Translations under genes and position numbers: made by a program
The notes under the pieces: model-generated
Told to the model about the DNA's origin: nothing
What the model saw: only the letters and a program-made list of their open reading frames with translations
The model's database searches: none
IMG/VR virus record: IMGVR_UViG_3300030333_006085
Coordinates: 1-47,064 of that record
Source of the DNA: a virus
Lineage: Duplodnaviria; Caudoviricetes
Strand: one strand, 5' to 3'
DNA: 47,064 nt
Part shown: one piece after another, positions 18,728-29,003 of the stretch
Position numbering within the stretch: position 1 is the stretch's first letter
Layout: every line of letters starts with the position of its first letter

Positions 18728-19141
18728 ATGGAAGAAAGATATATTGACATAACTGTAGAGGATTTACTAGAAATTACTCTACCAAAAGAGGACGATTTCC
18801 TCAAAGTGAAAGAAACTCTAACAAGAATTGGCGTTTCATCTCGAAAAGAAAAAAAACTATGGCAGTCTTGTCACATCCTTCACAAAAGAGGCAAGTATTA
18901 CATAGTACACTTCAAAGAACTTTTTGCCCTAGACGGATTACCAACTAACCTATCAGATGAAGATATTGGAAGGCGAAATACCATTGCAAATCTTCTAGAA
19001 GAATGGGAACTGTTGGAAGTTGTGGACCCAGAAAAATCAGAAGACCCACTGACTCCAATAAGTAAAATTAAGATTTTACCTTATCGAGAAAAGGACGAAT
19101 GGGAACTTTGCCCTAAATATCATATAGGTAAGAAAAAATGA
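18728..19141 (+). CDS. regA: Translational repressor RegA
   Basis: DDFLKVKETLTRIGV, QSCHILHKRGKYYIVHFKELFALDG, RRNTIANLLEEW. Confidence 0.97.
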   Translation: MEERYIDITVEDLLEITLPKEDDFLKVKETLTRIGVSSRKEKKLWQSCHILHKRGKYYIVHFKELFALDGLPTNLSDEDIGRRNTIANLLEEWELLEVVDPEKSEDPLTPISKIKILPYREKDEWELCPKYHIGKKK

Positions 19142-19159
19142 TTAAGCGAGATTTATATT

Positions 19160-19807
19160 ATGATACCAAAAATAATCCACCAAATTTGGATTGGTGACCA
19201 ATCTAAACGACCAAGTGAGATGATGAAAACCTGGCAGGATATGAATCCTGACTGGGAATATATGCTTTGGACGGATGACAATTTACCCCAAATAGCAAAT
19301 AGAGTACAATTCGATGCTATGAAAGAACTGGCGGGGAAAGCAGATATACTTAGGTATGAACTGCTCCAAGAACACGGTGGTTTTTTCATTGATGCTGATT
19401 CGATATGTACGAAACCTCTTGACGATTTTTTCGTAGAGAATGATTCGTTTTGTTGTTGGGAAAATGAATATATTAGAACAGGATTAATGTGTAATGGTTA
19501 TCTTGCGGCTTGCAAAGGTAATAAATTAATGGGACATTTACAAGCAAGAATTTCTATGATTCCAAAAGAAGTTTTGGAGTCTGCTCCAAAACTAACTGCT
19601 TGGCAAATTACTGGTCCTGGTCTTCTAACAGATACAGTTAAGAGAACCCAGTACAGCAAATTGAGAATATATCCCAGTCATTATTTCTTACCTAGACATT
19701 ACAGTGGACTAGAAACAGAATTCAAGAATGAGCCATCTTATTCTGAGCAGTATTGGGGAAGCACTGAAACTATAAACGGGAAAGTTGGAATGACTTATGG
19801 AAGTTAA
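19160..19807 (+). CDS. Glycosyltransferase, GT32-like (DXD sugar-binding)
   Basis: MIPKIIHQIWIG, KADILRYELL..HGGFFIDAD, TGPGLLT. Confidence 0.88.
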   Translation: MIPKIIHQIWIGDQSKRPSEMMKTWQDMNPDWEYMLWTDDNLPQIANRVQFDAMKELAGKADILRYELLQEHGGFFIDADSICTKPLDDFFVENDSFCCWENEYIRTGLMCNGYLAACKGNKLMGHLQARISMIPKEVLESAPKLTAWQITGPGLLTDTVKRTQYSKLRIYPSHYFLPRHYSGLETEFKNEPSYSEQYWGSTETINGKVGMTYGS

Positions 19808-20435
19808 GTTAAGTGAAATTCGAACTAAAATAATTTCATTACCAACAGAAACCCAACGAAGAGAGAATATGAAAAGTTTACTAGATGGTGTCGAACACAC
19901 TAACTATGAATTTTTTGATTCTATTAAAACACAACCATATTGGATTGGTTGTGGTCTTTCCCACAGAGAATGTTTGGCGTTTGAAGAAGCACCGTTGCTT
20001 ACACTAGAAGATGATGTAGCAATAACCGAACACTATAGAGATGTTATTGATATTCCAGAAGAAGCAGATATTGTGTATTTGGGATGCTCTCATTGGGGAA
20101 CTAAATCAGGAACATCTCAATTAAAGGGTGTTAATTACGAAAAGTACAATGAAGATTACTATCGGGTATCTCATATGGTTGGCGCTCACGCAATTCTGTA
20201 TATGAACAATAAAGCCATTAAAGATTTTTCTGGTACTATCGTTCGTCAATTATTTGAAGTAGACAGACCTTTTGATGAAGTTTATGCTCGCTTACAGGAA
20301 AAGTATGTTATACTAACACCAACAAATCCATTCTATTATCAAAATTGTGAAAAGAATGAAGTTTATACACGACCACCGCTCCACGCAAAGTATATTGTGA
20401 ATGGAGTTGAATATCAAGGAGACCCTTTATTATGA
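19797..20435 (+). CDS. Glycosyltransferase, GT25-like
   Basis: ISL.....RR, IGCGLSH, LEDDV, ADIVYLG, GAHAILY. Confidence 0.72.
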   Translation: MEVKLSEIRTKIISLPTETQRRENMKSLLDGVEHTNYEFFDSIKTQPYWIGCGLSHRECLAFEEAPLLTLEDDVAITEHYRDVIDIPEEADIVYLGCSHWGTKSGTSQLKGVNYEKYNEDYYRVSHMVGAHAILYMNNKAIKDFSGTIVRQLFEVDRPFDEVYARLQEKYVILTPTNPFYYQNCEKNEVYTRPPLHAKYIVNGVEYQGDPLL

Positions 20436-21565
20436 AACGAGTTGCAATGATTCCTGCTCGAATGGGAAGTAAAAGAGTAGCAAACAAAAATTTAAGACTA
20501 GTTGCAGGTAAACCACTAATTGCTTATATCATAGAAGCAGTTAAAAATTCTGGTAAATTTGATAAGATATACATCAATTCCGAATCCGATGTTTTTGAAG
20601 ATATTGCAAAAACATATGGAGTTCATTTTTATAAAAGACCAGAAAAGTATGCAACCGATGAAGCAACAAACGATGACTTTTCGTATGACTTTATGAAGAA
20701 TGTAGAACTAGATGTTTTATATCAGTTTCTTCCTACCTCTCCTTTTATTACTTCGTCAGATGTTGTTGAATTTGTGGAGAAGATGGAGTCAGGTAATTAT
20801 GAAACTCTCATCTCTGTTACCAATGTTCAAATTGAATGTTTATATAAACAAAGTCCTTTAAATTTTAAACAGAAGAAACAATCTCCTCCTTCCCAATCAC
20901 TAGAACCAGTCAAAGCATACGCTTGCGGAATGATGGCTTGGGAAAGAAAACGATACTTTGAAAATATGGAAAAGTATGGTTGTGCATATCACGGAGGCGA
21001 TGGCAAGACAGGATTCTTTACTGTCGGTGGTTTTGCATCTGTTGACATTGATACGGTAGATGATTTTCTTCTTGCAGAAAGAATTATCGAAGCAATCAAT
21101 TCTCCATATCTACAAGAACCACAATACTACAATCCCGACTTACACTCAGATGTAATTTCGGAAAGTGATGTTCCATACATTCTAAAAGAAGATGGTGTAG
21201 TGAAGGATGACTATGAACACGAAAACCAAGTAGTCACAAACATAGACGATGTGTTGAATGACGAAGAGGCTGGTTCTTGGATGCGAAGAATTGTAAACAC
21301 CGAAAGCAATAGTTGTTGTTTAATTTCACAAAATCCAGGCGAAGGTAATCGAAGACACTATCATCCAAATTGGAACGAGTGGTGGTATATTGTTGATGGT
21401 GAATGGGACTTTGAACTCGAAGGAACAATTCATCGAGTAAAGAAAGGCGATATAGTTTTTATTCCCAAGAATCATTGGCATCAGATTACTTGTGTTGGTG
21501 ATAAACCTGCAATTCGTTTAGCAGTGAGCAGAGGTGATGTAGCACATGTCTATAAAAACAGGTAG
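20432..21565 (+). CDS. NeuA/KdsB-family cytidylyltransferase fused to a C-terminal cupin
   Basis: MIPARMGSKRV..KNLR...GKPLI, PTSPF, DIDT.DDF; cupin motifs HYHP..NEWW..V.G and GDIVFIP...WH. Confidence 0.85.
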   Translation: MKRVAMIPARMGSKRVANKNLRLVAGKPLIAYIIEAVKNSGKFDKIYINSESDVFEDIAKTYGVHFYKRPEKYATDEATNDDFSYDFMKNVELDVLYQFLPTSPFITSSDVVEFVEKMESGNYETLISVTNVQIECLYKQSPLNFKQKKQSPPSQSLEPVKAYACGMMAWERKRYFENMEKYGCAYHGGDGKTGFFTVGGFASVDIDTVDDFLLAERIIEAINSPYLQEPQYYNPDLHSDVISESDVPYILKEDGVVKDDYEHENQVVTNIDDVLNDEEAGSWMRRIVNTESNSCCLISQNPGEGNRRHYHPNWNEWWYIVDGEWDFELEGTIHRVKKGDIVFIPKNHWHQITCVGDKPAIRLAVSRGDVAHVYKNR

Positions 21566-22691
21566 TATGAGTTTTTGGGACATTCGAATAGATTTCGATA
21601 AGAGTCACGGTAGTTATGTGTTTGATAAAAACACAAATCGATACTATCTTGACCTGTTCTCAATGTACTCTTCTCTACCTATTGGTTACAATCACCCTGT
21701 GTTTGATGATTCGTTTCACGAAGAAATGAAAAAGATATCAAACATAAAAGTAACAAACTGCGAATTCCAAACTGACTTGCACGACAAATTCTGCCAAGAG
21801 TTTTATGATTTTGCTGGTCTTAATTACTATGACTGTTTTCATTTTACTTGCACAGGTTCTCTTGCAGTGGAGTGTGCAATTAAACTTGCTATGGATTATA
21901 CCAAGAAAAAAAGAGTGGTTACTATAAAGAATAGTTTCCACGGGATTCATTCTTATGGAAACTTCACAACAGGAAGAGATTATTTTCCTGTAAGTGATAG
22001 ACTTTCTGGTTATCCAGATTTAAACTGGCCTAAGATTGAAACAATAGAAGAACTACAAAAAGAAATTGATTCGGGAGACATCGCCGCCATTCTTGTCGAA
22101 CCAATTCAAGCAACATTTGGAGACAATCACCTCGATAAGAAATTCTTAAGGAATGTTGCGTCTACTGCAAAGTTAAATAAAATCCCTCTTATATTTGATG
22201 AGATTCAAACTGGATTTGGAACTACGGGAAAACCTTGGTACTTTCAGTATCTTAACATCAAACCAGACATTGTTATATTTGGTAAGAAGAGTCAAGTGTC
22301 TGGAGTAATGACACGACCTGAATATTTCCACAAGAATGGAAATAGATTATCTGTTACTTTTGATGGCGACATTGTTGATATGCTTCGTTCAATTTATATT
22401 ATGAAAGCATATAAAGAAGGAAACTTATTAGAAACTGCAAACTGGTTATCAAGAGGATTTGCTAGACAACTCCGTGAAATTGACGGAATAAATAATACTA
22501 GATGTGCAGGATGCTTGATTGGTTTTGATTTGGAAGATAGAGAAACAAGAGATTCTTTCGTTGAAAATATCAGAACAAATGGTATGATATGTAATCCAAC
22601 AGGAGAAAAGTCTGTAAGACTAAGACCAAACTTAGCAGTCACATCAGATGAACTAGAAGAAGCCCTTAACATAATAAGGAAATCATTATGA
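21546..22691 (+). CDS. Class III PLP aminotransferase (lysine-epsilon-aminotransferase-like)
   Basis: YLDLFSMYSSLPIGYNHP, GSLAVECAIK, SFHG, EPIQ, FDEIQTGFG.TG, FGKKSQ. Confidence 0.88.
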   Translation: MSIKTGSMSFWDIRIDFDKSHGSYVFDKNTNRYYLDLFSMYSSLPIGYNHPVFDDSFHEEMKKISNIKVTNCEFQTDLHDKFCQEFYDFAGLNYYDCFHFTCTGSLAVECAIKLAMDYTKKKRVVTIKNSFHGIHSYGNFTTGRDYFPVSDRLSGYPDLNWPKIETIEELQKEIDSGDIAAILVEPIQATFGDNHLDKKFLRNVASTAKLNKIPLIFDEIQTGFGTTGKPWYFQYLNIKPDIVIFGKKSQVSGVMTRPEYFHKNGNRLSVTFDGDIVDMLRSIYIMKAYKEGNLLETANWLSRGFARQLREIDGINNTRCAGCLIGFDLEDRETRDSFVENIRTNGMICNPTGEKSVRLRPNLAVTSDELEEALNIIRKSL

Positions 22692-23527
22692 AAAAGAAGA
22701 CAGCATATATTATTGGAAACGGACCAAGTCTTGCGAATGAAAATATGTCATTACTAAAAGACAAGATTACAATGTCGTTTAATCGTGCCTTCATTGCATA
22801 CGAAGATTGGGGATTTGACCCGACTTATTATCTTGCAATTGATGGAAACACAATGAGAGGAATGCACAAAGATGTCAATGAACTCATTGATAAGAGCAAT
22901 ATTGAAAGATTCTTTCTTCTTAATATAGAAGACAATCCTGCACACGGTTATGTTGATGAATTATTTACTAAAGCAGATAATGTTACATTTATTACTAATA
23001 GTGGCACACATGTAATTAATGACGGTACTCCTCCGTTCACACAAGCATACGAAATGGATAAAAATAATGTCGTCCTTCCAGTTGCTCCAAATTCAGGTAT
23101 GACTGGACTTGCAATTCTAAGAATGTTAGGATACAACGAAATAGCCTTTATCGGTCAAGATGCAAGATATATCGATGATGCAATTTATAGAAATGGTTCG
23201 ATAGAAAAAATTAGCAGAGAATATAGGTCTTCTGAAGATAATGACCAAAATCATTTTCGTTCAGATTATTTTGGGAAAGGTATGATTTTCGGTAAACCAA
23301 ATCAAGATGATATTATTAATCTATGGTCAACCGCAAGTCCTTGGATTCACGAACAATCCGACTTTGATGTATATTCTTGTACGCCGGGTTCTAATTTGAA
23401 TCCATATTACAGATATATACCACTCGAAGATTTTGTAGAGGGGAAACGAGAGTGTGAGATGCCAGCACACCCACAAATTAAAGAAATACTTCAGAATAAG
23501 GAGAACACCAATGAAGTGTCCGTTTGA
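22688..23527 (+). CDS. Maf/DUF115-like putative ulosonate (sialyl-type) transferase
   Basis: AYIIGNGPSL, FNRAF, FDPTYY..ID, MLGYNEIAFIGQD, NHFRSDYF. Confidence 0.65.
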   Translation: MKKKTAYIIGNGPSLANENMSLLKDKITMSFNRAFIAYEDWGFDPTYYLAIDGNTMRGMHKDVNELIDKSNIERFFLLNIEDNPAHGYVDELFTKADNVTFITNSGTHVINDGTPPFTQAYEMDKNNVVLPVAPNSGMTGLAILRMLGYNEIAFIGQDARYIDDAIYRNGSIEKISREYRSSEDNDQNHFRSDYFGKGMIFGKPNQDDIINLWSTASPWIHEQSDFDVYSCTPGSNLNPYYRYIPLEDFVEGKRECEMPAHPQIKEILQNKENTNEVSV

Positions 23528-24089
23528 AAATTTTTATGGTAAATTTGAAGCAATTGCAGATACTCCTGAATGGGCAAGGTTGCAAGAAGACTTCAATCAG
23601 AGTGAGTACATTTATGTTGTAGGTAATGGTGGTAATATGGCAGTCGCAAGTCACGCGGCGGCAGATGTTACTCGACTAACAGGAAAGAAAACTTTCTGCT
23701 TGGATAGCCAGTCTCTTATGACATCATTCGCAAATGATTTTGGTTATGACAATATCTTTGCAAGATGGTTAAATTTCTATGCAGTAGATACTGACAAGAA
23801 GTCTATGGTTCTTGGTTATTCTGGTTCTGGTAATTCCAAGAATGTTCTTGGTGCATTGGACTGGGCACACAACCAACATAACTTCTCTGCTCACCTCTTC
23901 TCTGGTGTGAAGTCTCTTGCTCTTTCCGAAGGTATTAATGAAATTGTTTGCGATATGCATTATTTCCACACACACGAAATTATGTCAGTTATGACTTTCT
24001 ATGAATTAGTCTACGGAAGTGGTAACGAATGTCCCACAATCAGAGCAGAAGTAAATCGTAAATTTGGAACTATCAATACAGATGTATGA
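23511..24089 (+). CDS. SIS-domain sugar-phosphate isomerase (GmhA-like)
   Basis: VGNGGNMAVASHAAAD, ANDFGY, YSGSGNSKNV; start moved to ATG 23511 behind AAGGAG. Confidence 0.8.
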   Translation: MKCPFENFYGKFEAIADTPEWARLQEDFNQSEYIYVVGNGGNMAVASHAAADVTRLTGKKTFCLDSQSLMTSFANDFGYDNIFARWLNFYAVDTDKKSMVLGYSGSGNSKNVLGALDWAHNQHNFSAHLFSGVKSLALSEGINEIVCDMHYFHTHEIMSVMTFYELVYGSGNECPTIRAEVNRKFGTINTDV

Positions 24090-24801
24090 TTTAGCAGGTA
24101 AGGTTGCACTAGTAACAGGAGCCACTAGGGGTATCGGTGCGGAAATTGCCAATACCCTTAGTGGTTACGGTGCTACTGTAATACGAACTGGAACAAAAGA
24201 ATCAAAGGGAGATAATCTTTATCTTCCTGTTGACTTTTCTTCGAAAGAATCCGTACAATCATTTAAAGAAAAATTAAGCGATATTATTAGTGTGCAGGGA
24301 ATTGATATTTGTGTAAACAATGCAGGAATCAATAATATAAAACCATTTGAAGAATACACAGAAGAAGAATATGATTTGATGATGGATGTAAATCTAAAAT
24401 CTGCATTTGCTGTTTCTCAACTGGTCGCTTCGTCGATGAAGAAACGAGGAGAAGGAAAAATTGTAAATATCTCTTCGATATATGGAACAAAAACCAGAGA
24501 ACATCGAAGTGTTTATACAATGACAAAATCTTCTTTAATTGGTATGACCAAAACTCTTGCATTAGAATTAGCACCGCATAACATATTGGTAAATTCTGTT
24601 TCGCCTGGTTTCATAAAAACAGATTTGACTCGTAAAGTTTTAGGTAAGGTAGGAATGAAAAGTGCAGAGAAGGCAGTTCCAATGAAAAGACTTGGACATC
24701 CATACGAGATAGCAAGATTGGTGGCATACTTATGCAGTCCATCAAACACATATATTACTGGTCAAGATATCACAATAGATGGAGGATTTAGTTGTGGATA
24801 A
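24082..24801 (+). CDS. Short-chain dehydrogenase/reductase (FabG-like)
   Basis: TGATRGIG, NNAG, NISS, YTMTK (YxxxK), PG.IKTD, TGQ...IDGG. Confidence 0.92.
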   Translation: MYDLAGKVALVTGATRGIGAEIANTLSGYGATVIRTGTKESKGDNLYLPVDFSSKESVQSFKEKLSDIISVQGIDICVNNAGINNIKPFEEYTEEEYDLMMDVNLKSAFAVSQLVASSMKKRGEGKIVNISSIYGTKTREHRSVYTMTKSSLIGMTKTLALELAPHNILVNSVSPGFIKTDLTRKVLGKVGMKSAEKAVPMKRLGHPYEIARLVAYLCSPSNTYITGQDITIDGGFSCG

Positions 24802-25615
24802 TGAAAGAGCGACTTACGAAGAATATAAAAAAAGTGTAAATGAAAAATGGAACTGCACTCCAGACCTATTGGTTAGATACAAGCACTTTTGTAATATAGC
24901 AGTAAATGATAATATTTATTGGAACGAATTTAAAAACAATAATTCTATTTATTCGAATATCGTTGGTTGTGACCTCCACGGTACGGAAACAGGTTTGATG
25001 TTTTTTAATTGGATAAAGGAAAAATATCCACAACTACAGAATCACTTTGATAAGTTTAGAGAAAATGATAAAATAGGAAACCCTCCAATATACACCTATG
25101 ACGAAGAAGAAAAATTCTCTCCAAACACATTACGATACATTAGGGTTTTTGGAGAAATACAAGAACACTTTGGTTCGTTGGATAACAAAAATATAATAGA
25201 AATAGGACCAGGATACGGTGGTCTTTGTAAAATTATTTCTTGTGTGGATAAATTTGAGTCATATTCTTTTGTGGATTGCCCCGAAGCAATTGGTGTCTGT
25301 AAAAGATATATGAATGAAATGGAAATAAACAATACAATGTTCTACGCAGATGATGATGACATTCCATCGAATAAAGAATATGATTTGGTCATTGCTGATA
25401 GTTCTTTGTCAGAAATGAGTGCTTGGGGGTTTGATTATTATCTTGAAAACATTTTAATGAAATCCAAGAATGCTTATCTGGCTATGAATGATTATTATAG
25501 AAAAGAAGAAACAATAGAAAAAATCAATAAAGCATTCTCAGAAGTCATTGTACTTCCCGACAAACCTTCAATGAGGGAAGACAACGAATGTTATGTTTTG
25601 ATTTGCAAGAGGTGA
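24794..25615 (+). CDS. Putative sugar O-methyltransferase
   Basis: D.IGNP, TLRY, IIEIGPGYGGL SAM motif, SLSEM. Confidence 0.7.
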   Translation: MDNERATYEEYKKSVNEKWNCTPDLLVRYKHFCNIAVNDNIYWNEFKNNNSIYSNIVGCDLHGTETGLMFFNWIKEKYPQLQNHFDKFRENDKIGNPPIYTYDEEEKFSPNTLRYIRVFGEIQEHFGSLDNKNIIEIGPGYGGLCKIISCVDKFESYSFVDCPEAIGVCKRYMNEMEINNTMFYADDDDIPSNKEYDLVIADSSLSEMSAWGFDYYLENILMKSKNAYLAMNDYYRKEETIEKINKAFSEVIVLPDKPSMREDNECYVLICKR

Positions 25616-25618
25616 ATC

Positions 25619-26695
25619 GTGTTTGAAAATACATCCAAATTAGATTTTATTTGGGGAAACGGAGAAATACTAGGAATAAAATCCTCCAAAGGAAATTATT
25701 CAGTTTCTTTTTTAGATTCCCATTGGGGACTTGATAGATTCATTCGTGACCTAAATGCAGTTAGAAAAAAAGACCATCTTATTTTTATAGTAGATGAGTG
25801 TTTAAGAAAAGATTTAGACTTCCTCGGCAGACCTGCTCTTTACTTAGAAGCAAACGAAGAACAAAAGTCTTATGAAGGTGTAGGTAAAGTAATAGAAAAA
25901 TTACTAGAAGTGGGAGTAACGAAGGACACCCATATTGTTGCCATTGGTGGAGGTGTTATACAGGACACTGCTTCTTTTGTTGCTTCGATTCTTTTCCGTG
26001 GTATTAGTTGGTCGTATTATCCAACAACTCTTCTTGCACAGGGTGATAGTTGTATTGGTTCAAAGACTTCTATTAATTTTAAGAATTACAAAAACCAATT
26101 AGGAAACTTCTATCCACCAGAATCAGTTTGGATTCATACGAAGTTTTTAGAATCATTATCAGAACTTCAAATATATTCTGGTCTTGGGGAAATGTTACAT
26201 TACTTCTTTGTGGCAAGTGAAGAGAGAGTAGAATTCTTTGTTGAGAATATAGACAACTTTATGAATCTAATTCGAAGTGCGTTGTATATAAAGAAAGCAT
26301 ATATTGAAATAGATGAGTTTGATAAAAAAGAAAGAAGAGTATTCAATTATGGTCACTCATTCGGACACGCATTAGAATCTGTATTGGATTATGAAATCCC
26401 GCACGGATTAGCAGTCTGTTATGGTATGGATATGGCAAATTATGTTTCTATGAAACTTGGTTATATCAACAAAGAACAGTATAATAAATACAATATAGTT
26501 CTTCAGAGAATATACTCTAAATATGAATTGCCAGATTTTGATATTGGTGAATTTGAGAAAGCACTAAAAAGAGATAAGAAAAACAAAGATGGCGAATATG
26601 GATTGATTCTAACTAAAGGTGCAGGTAATATGTTTTTAGATTATGTTAAAATGGACAGTAATATAATGGAGTGGGTTAATGATTGGAAAAGTTGA
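25619..26695 (+). CDS. AroB/3-dehydroquinate-synthase-family sugar-phosphate cyclase/lyase
   Basis: GGGVIQD, PTTLLAQGDSCIGSK, KNQLGNFYPP, GLGEMLH, NYGHSFGHALE, HGLAV. Confidence 0.85.
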   Translation: MFENTSKLDFIWGNGEILGIKSSKGNYSVSFLDSHWGLDRFIRDLNAVRKKDHLIFIVDECLRKDLDFLGRPALYLEANEEQKSYEGVGKVIEKLLEVGVTKDTHIVAIGGGVIQDTASFVASILFRGISWSYYPTTLLAQGDSCIGSKTSINFKNYKNQLGNFYPPESVWIHTKFLESLSELQIYSGLGEMLHYFFVASEERVEFFVENIDNFMNLIRSALYIKKAYIEIDEFDKKERRVFNYGHSFGHALESVLDYEIPHGLAVCYGMDMANYVSMKLGYINKEQYNKYNIVLQRIYSKYELPDFDIGEFEKALKRDKKNKDGEYGLILTKGAGNMFLDYVKMDSNIMEWVNDWKS

Positions 26696-27419
26696 AACTG
26701 ACTGGATAGAGCATCCTCTCGGAAACGGTTATAAAAAAGATTCAGTAATAGAAGAATTAGTAACAGATAAAACTATTGCTTATGTTGGTCCTGCTCCACA
26801 GATTGCAGAGTCGGGGTATGGTGAATATATTGATTCACATGACCTAGTTTTCAGAACAGGTGATTTCCTTAAGGGAGATAATATAGATGAAAACTACGGA
26901 AGCAGAACAGATGCACTGGTTCATAGTTACAATGAACACGATAGACCTTGTTTGTTTAGAGAAAGTCTAGAGGATATGAGAAAGTGCAAATGTCTTATCT
27001 GTTCTATGGTATCTCTAGACCACAGAGACATACAAAATGTATTTTTTGAAGATGTTGGTGTTCCGTACTATAATATGGAAGATGAAGTATTTGAGGGAGA
27101 AAATGGATTAAGAAAATATCTTGATTGTCTTCCCAATACTGGATTTGTTGGTCTTCTTATGTTGTTGGAATATGACATTAAGAAAGTATTTGTTACTGGT
27201 ATGACATTCTATGATATGGGTCAGTGGGTAAAATCATATCACGACAACTGGTATACGGAAGGTGCTTCTGCTTTGAAGTATAAGCACTTTGGTCTTAATG
27301 AAAGACACGACCTCCACAAACAACTACCACAGATAAAGCACTTTCAGAAAATCTACGAACGATATTCTGATAAGATTGAGTTGGATGAATATCTAACAGA
27401 AAATTTATGGACGGTTTAA
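26679..27419 (+). CDS. Sialyltransferase-like (GT29-like) protein
   Basis: Sialylmotif-L-like IAYVGPA.....GEYIDSHDLVFR...YGSRTD and motif-S-like PNTGF...VTGMTFY. Confidence 0.6.
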   Translation: MIGKVETDWIEHPLGNGYKKDSVIEELVTDKTIAYVGPAPQIAESGYGEYIDSHDLVFRTGDFLKGDNIDENYGSRTDALVHSYNEHDRPCLFRESLEDMRKCKCLICSMVSLDHRDIQNVFFEDVGVPYYNMEDEVFEGENGLRKYLDCLPNTGFVGLLMLLEYDIKKVFVTGMTFYDMGQWVKSYHDNWYTEGASALKYKHFGLNERHDLHKQLPQIKHFQKIYERYSDKIELDEYLTENLWTV

Positions 27420-27420
27420 T

Positions 27421-28191
27421 ATGATTTCTTGTTTATCTTTAGGACATCACGGTTATGTGGGGAATCAAATGTTTCAGTATGCATCTCTTATGGGAATTGC
27501 TGAACGAAACAAAATGGATTATAGTGTTCTTCCTGATTACTGGAAACAAGGAAGTTTTACTCCTCATATATGGGAAGAGTTCAGTTTATCTGCAAAACGA
27601 ACTCAAGACCACCCACTACATACAGCCAGAGAAATAAACCACTGTTACAATCCACAGTTTCAAAATTTAAGTCCGAATACAGATATTTTTGGTTATTTCC
27701 AAACAGAAAAATATTTTGAAAACATTAAAGAGAAGGTTCAAGAAGAATTTAAATTCAAAGAAGAAACCCTAAGAGAATGTGCTGAGTATATTTCTTCTGT
27801 TCAGGAAGGAAAAGAATTGGTTGGTGTACATGTGAGAAGGGGTGACTATGTAGATTTGCCCGACTACCATCCAGTCTGCACAAAGGAATATTACGAAGAA
27901 GCAGTTAAAAGATTTCCAGACCATACTTTTATTGTAGTGTCCAATGACCACGATTGGTGTGAAGAAAATCTTGAAATGAATGTATTCAAGGGAAGTTCTG
28001 CTTTCGCAGATATGTGTATGTTAACTCTAACTCAACACAATATTATCGCCAACAGTTCCTTTAGTTGGTGGGGTGCTTGGTTAAATAGAAACCCCAACAA
28101 AAAAGTAATAGCACCAACGAGATGGTTCGGAACAGCACTTGAGGATAAAGATTTGTCAGACTTAATTCCAGAAGGTTGGGAAAGAATATGA
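27421..28191 (+). CDS. GT11 alpha-1,2-fucosyl/colitosyltransferase
   Basis: GNQMFQYA, GYFQTEKYF, HVRRGDY, IIANSSFSWWGAWL, IAP.RWF. Confidence 0.93.
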   Translation: MISCLSLGHHGYVGNQMFQYASLMGIAERNKMDYSVLPDYWKQGSFTPHIWEEFSLSAKRTQDHPLHTAREINHCYNPQFQNLSPNTDIFGYFQTEKYFENIKEKVQEEFKFKEETLRECAEYISSVQEGKELVGVHVRRGDYVDLPDYHPVCTKEYYEEAVKRFPDHTFIVVSNDHDWCEENLEMNVFKGSSAFADMCMLTLTQHNIIANSSFSWWGAWLNRNPNKKVIAPTRWFGTALEDKDLSDLIPEGWERI

Positions 28192-29003
28192 AAACTGTTG
28201 TTGAGTTTTTAGGAGCAGACCCCTGTTGGACAGACCCTGGTCATGTACAACCAAGTGAGGATTCAAAATGGATTCTTTCTGAAGATGGTATTACAGACAT
28301 TACAATATATGTTGACCACGCTATTCGTTCCGCTCCAACAAAAACTCAAAGCAGAAGATATGGTTGGTTATATGAACCTGCTAGTATTGTTGGTGGGTAT
28401 AGCCATATTTACGAACAGCATCTTAATAATTTTGAATTGGTGTTTACACATAGTAGAAGTTTTGCAGAAGGAAAAGATAATGTTGTTCTAGTTCCGCCTG
28501 GATTTCCTCCTTGGATAAAGGATAGGAAGATTCATAAAAAGAATAAATTGATTTCTATGATTTCTACTAACAAACAATATTGCAAGGAACACGCCATTCG
28601 ATACAAGTTGGCAAAGAACCTTGAACAGCATCCCGTGGTGGATGTGTTTGGTAGGGGGATAAAGGAAATTGAAAAGAAAGAAGACGGACTGAATGATTAT
28701 GCATTTTCTATTGTCGTTGAGAATGACTGGTCAGATTTATTCTATACTGAAAAACTACAAGATTGTTTTCTAACTGGCACTGTTCCTATTTACTTGGGAA
28801 GCAAAGCAGTATCAGAAATATTTGACGAAGAAGGCATTATATTCCTCGACCACCACAATCCAGTTCTTAATTTACCAGAATATACAATGGAACTTTATGA
28901 ATCAAAGAAAGATGCCATTCAGAATAATTTTAAACTTGCAAAAGAAAAAGAAATGAATATAATTAAAATGACAGACTTGTTTCTTGAGGAGTTTATATTA
29001 TGA
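28188..29003 (+). CDS. GT10-like fucosyltransferase
   Basis: ISMIS.NK, FSIVVEN....YTEKL.DCF.TGTVPIYLG. Confidence 0.8.
   Translation: MKTVVEFLGADPCWTDPGHVQPSEDSKWILSEDGITDITIYVDHAIRSAPTKTQSRRYGWLYEPASIVGGYSHIYEQHLNNFELVFTHSRSFAEGKDNVVLVPPGFPPWIKDRKIHKKNKLISMISTNKQYCKEHAIRYKLAKNLEQHPVVDVFGRGIKEIEKKEDGLNDYAFSIVVENDWSDLFYTEKLQDCFLTGTVPIYLGSKAVSEIFDEEGIIFLDHHNPVLNLPEYTMELYESKKDAIQNNFKLAKEKEMNIIKMTDLFLEEFIL

Noticed and set aside
25619-26695. Calling this aroB, a shikimate-pathway auxiliary gene
   Set aside because: No other shikimate genes, sugar-operon context and an altered E..K motif; no gene symbol assigned.
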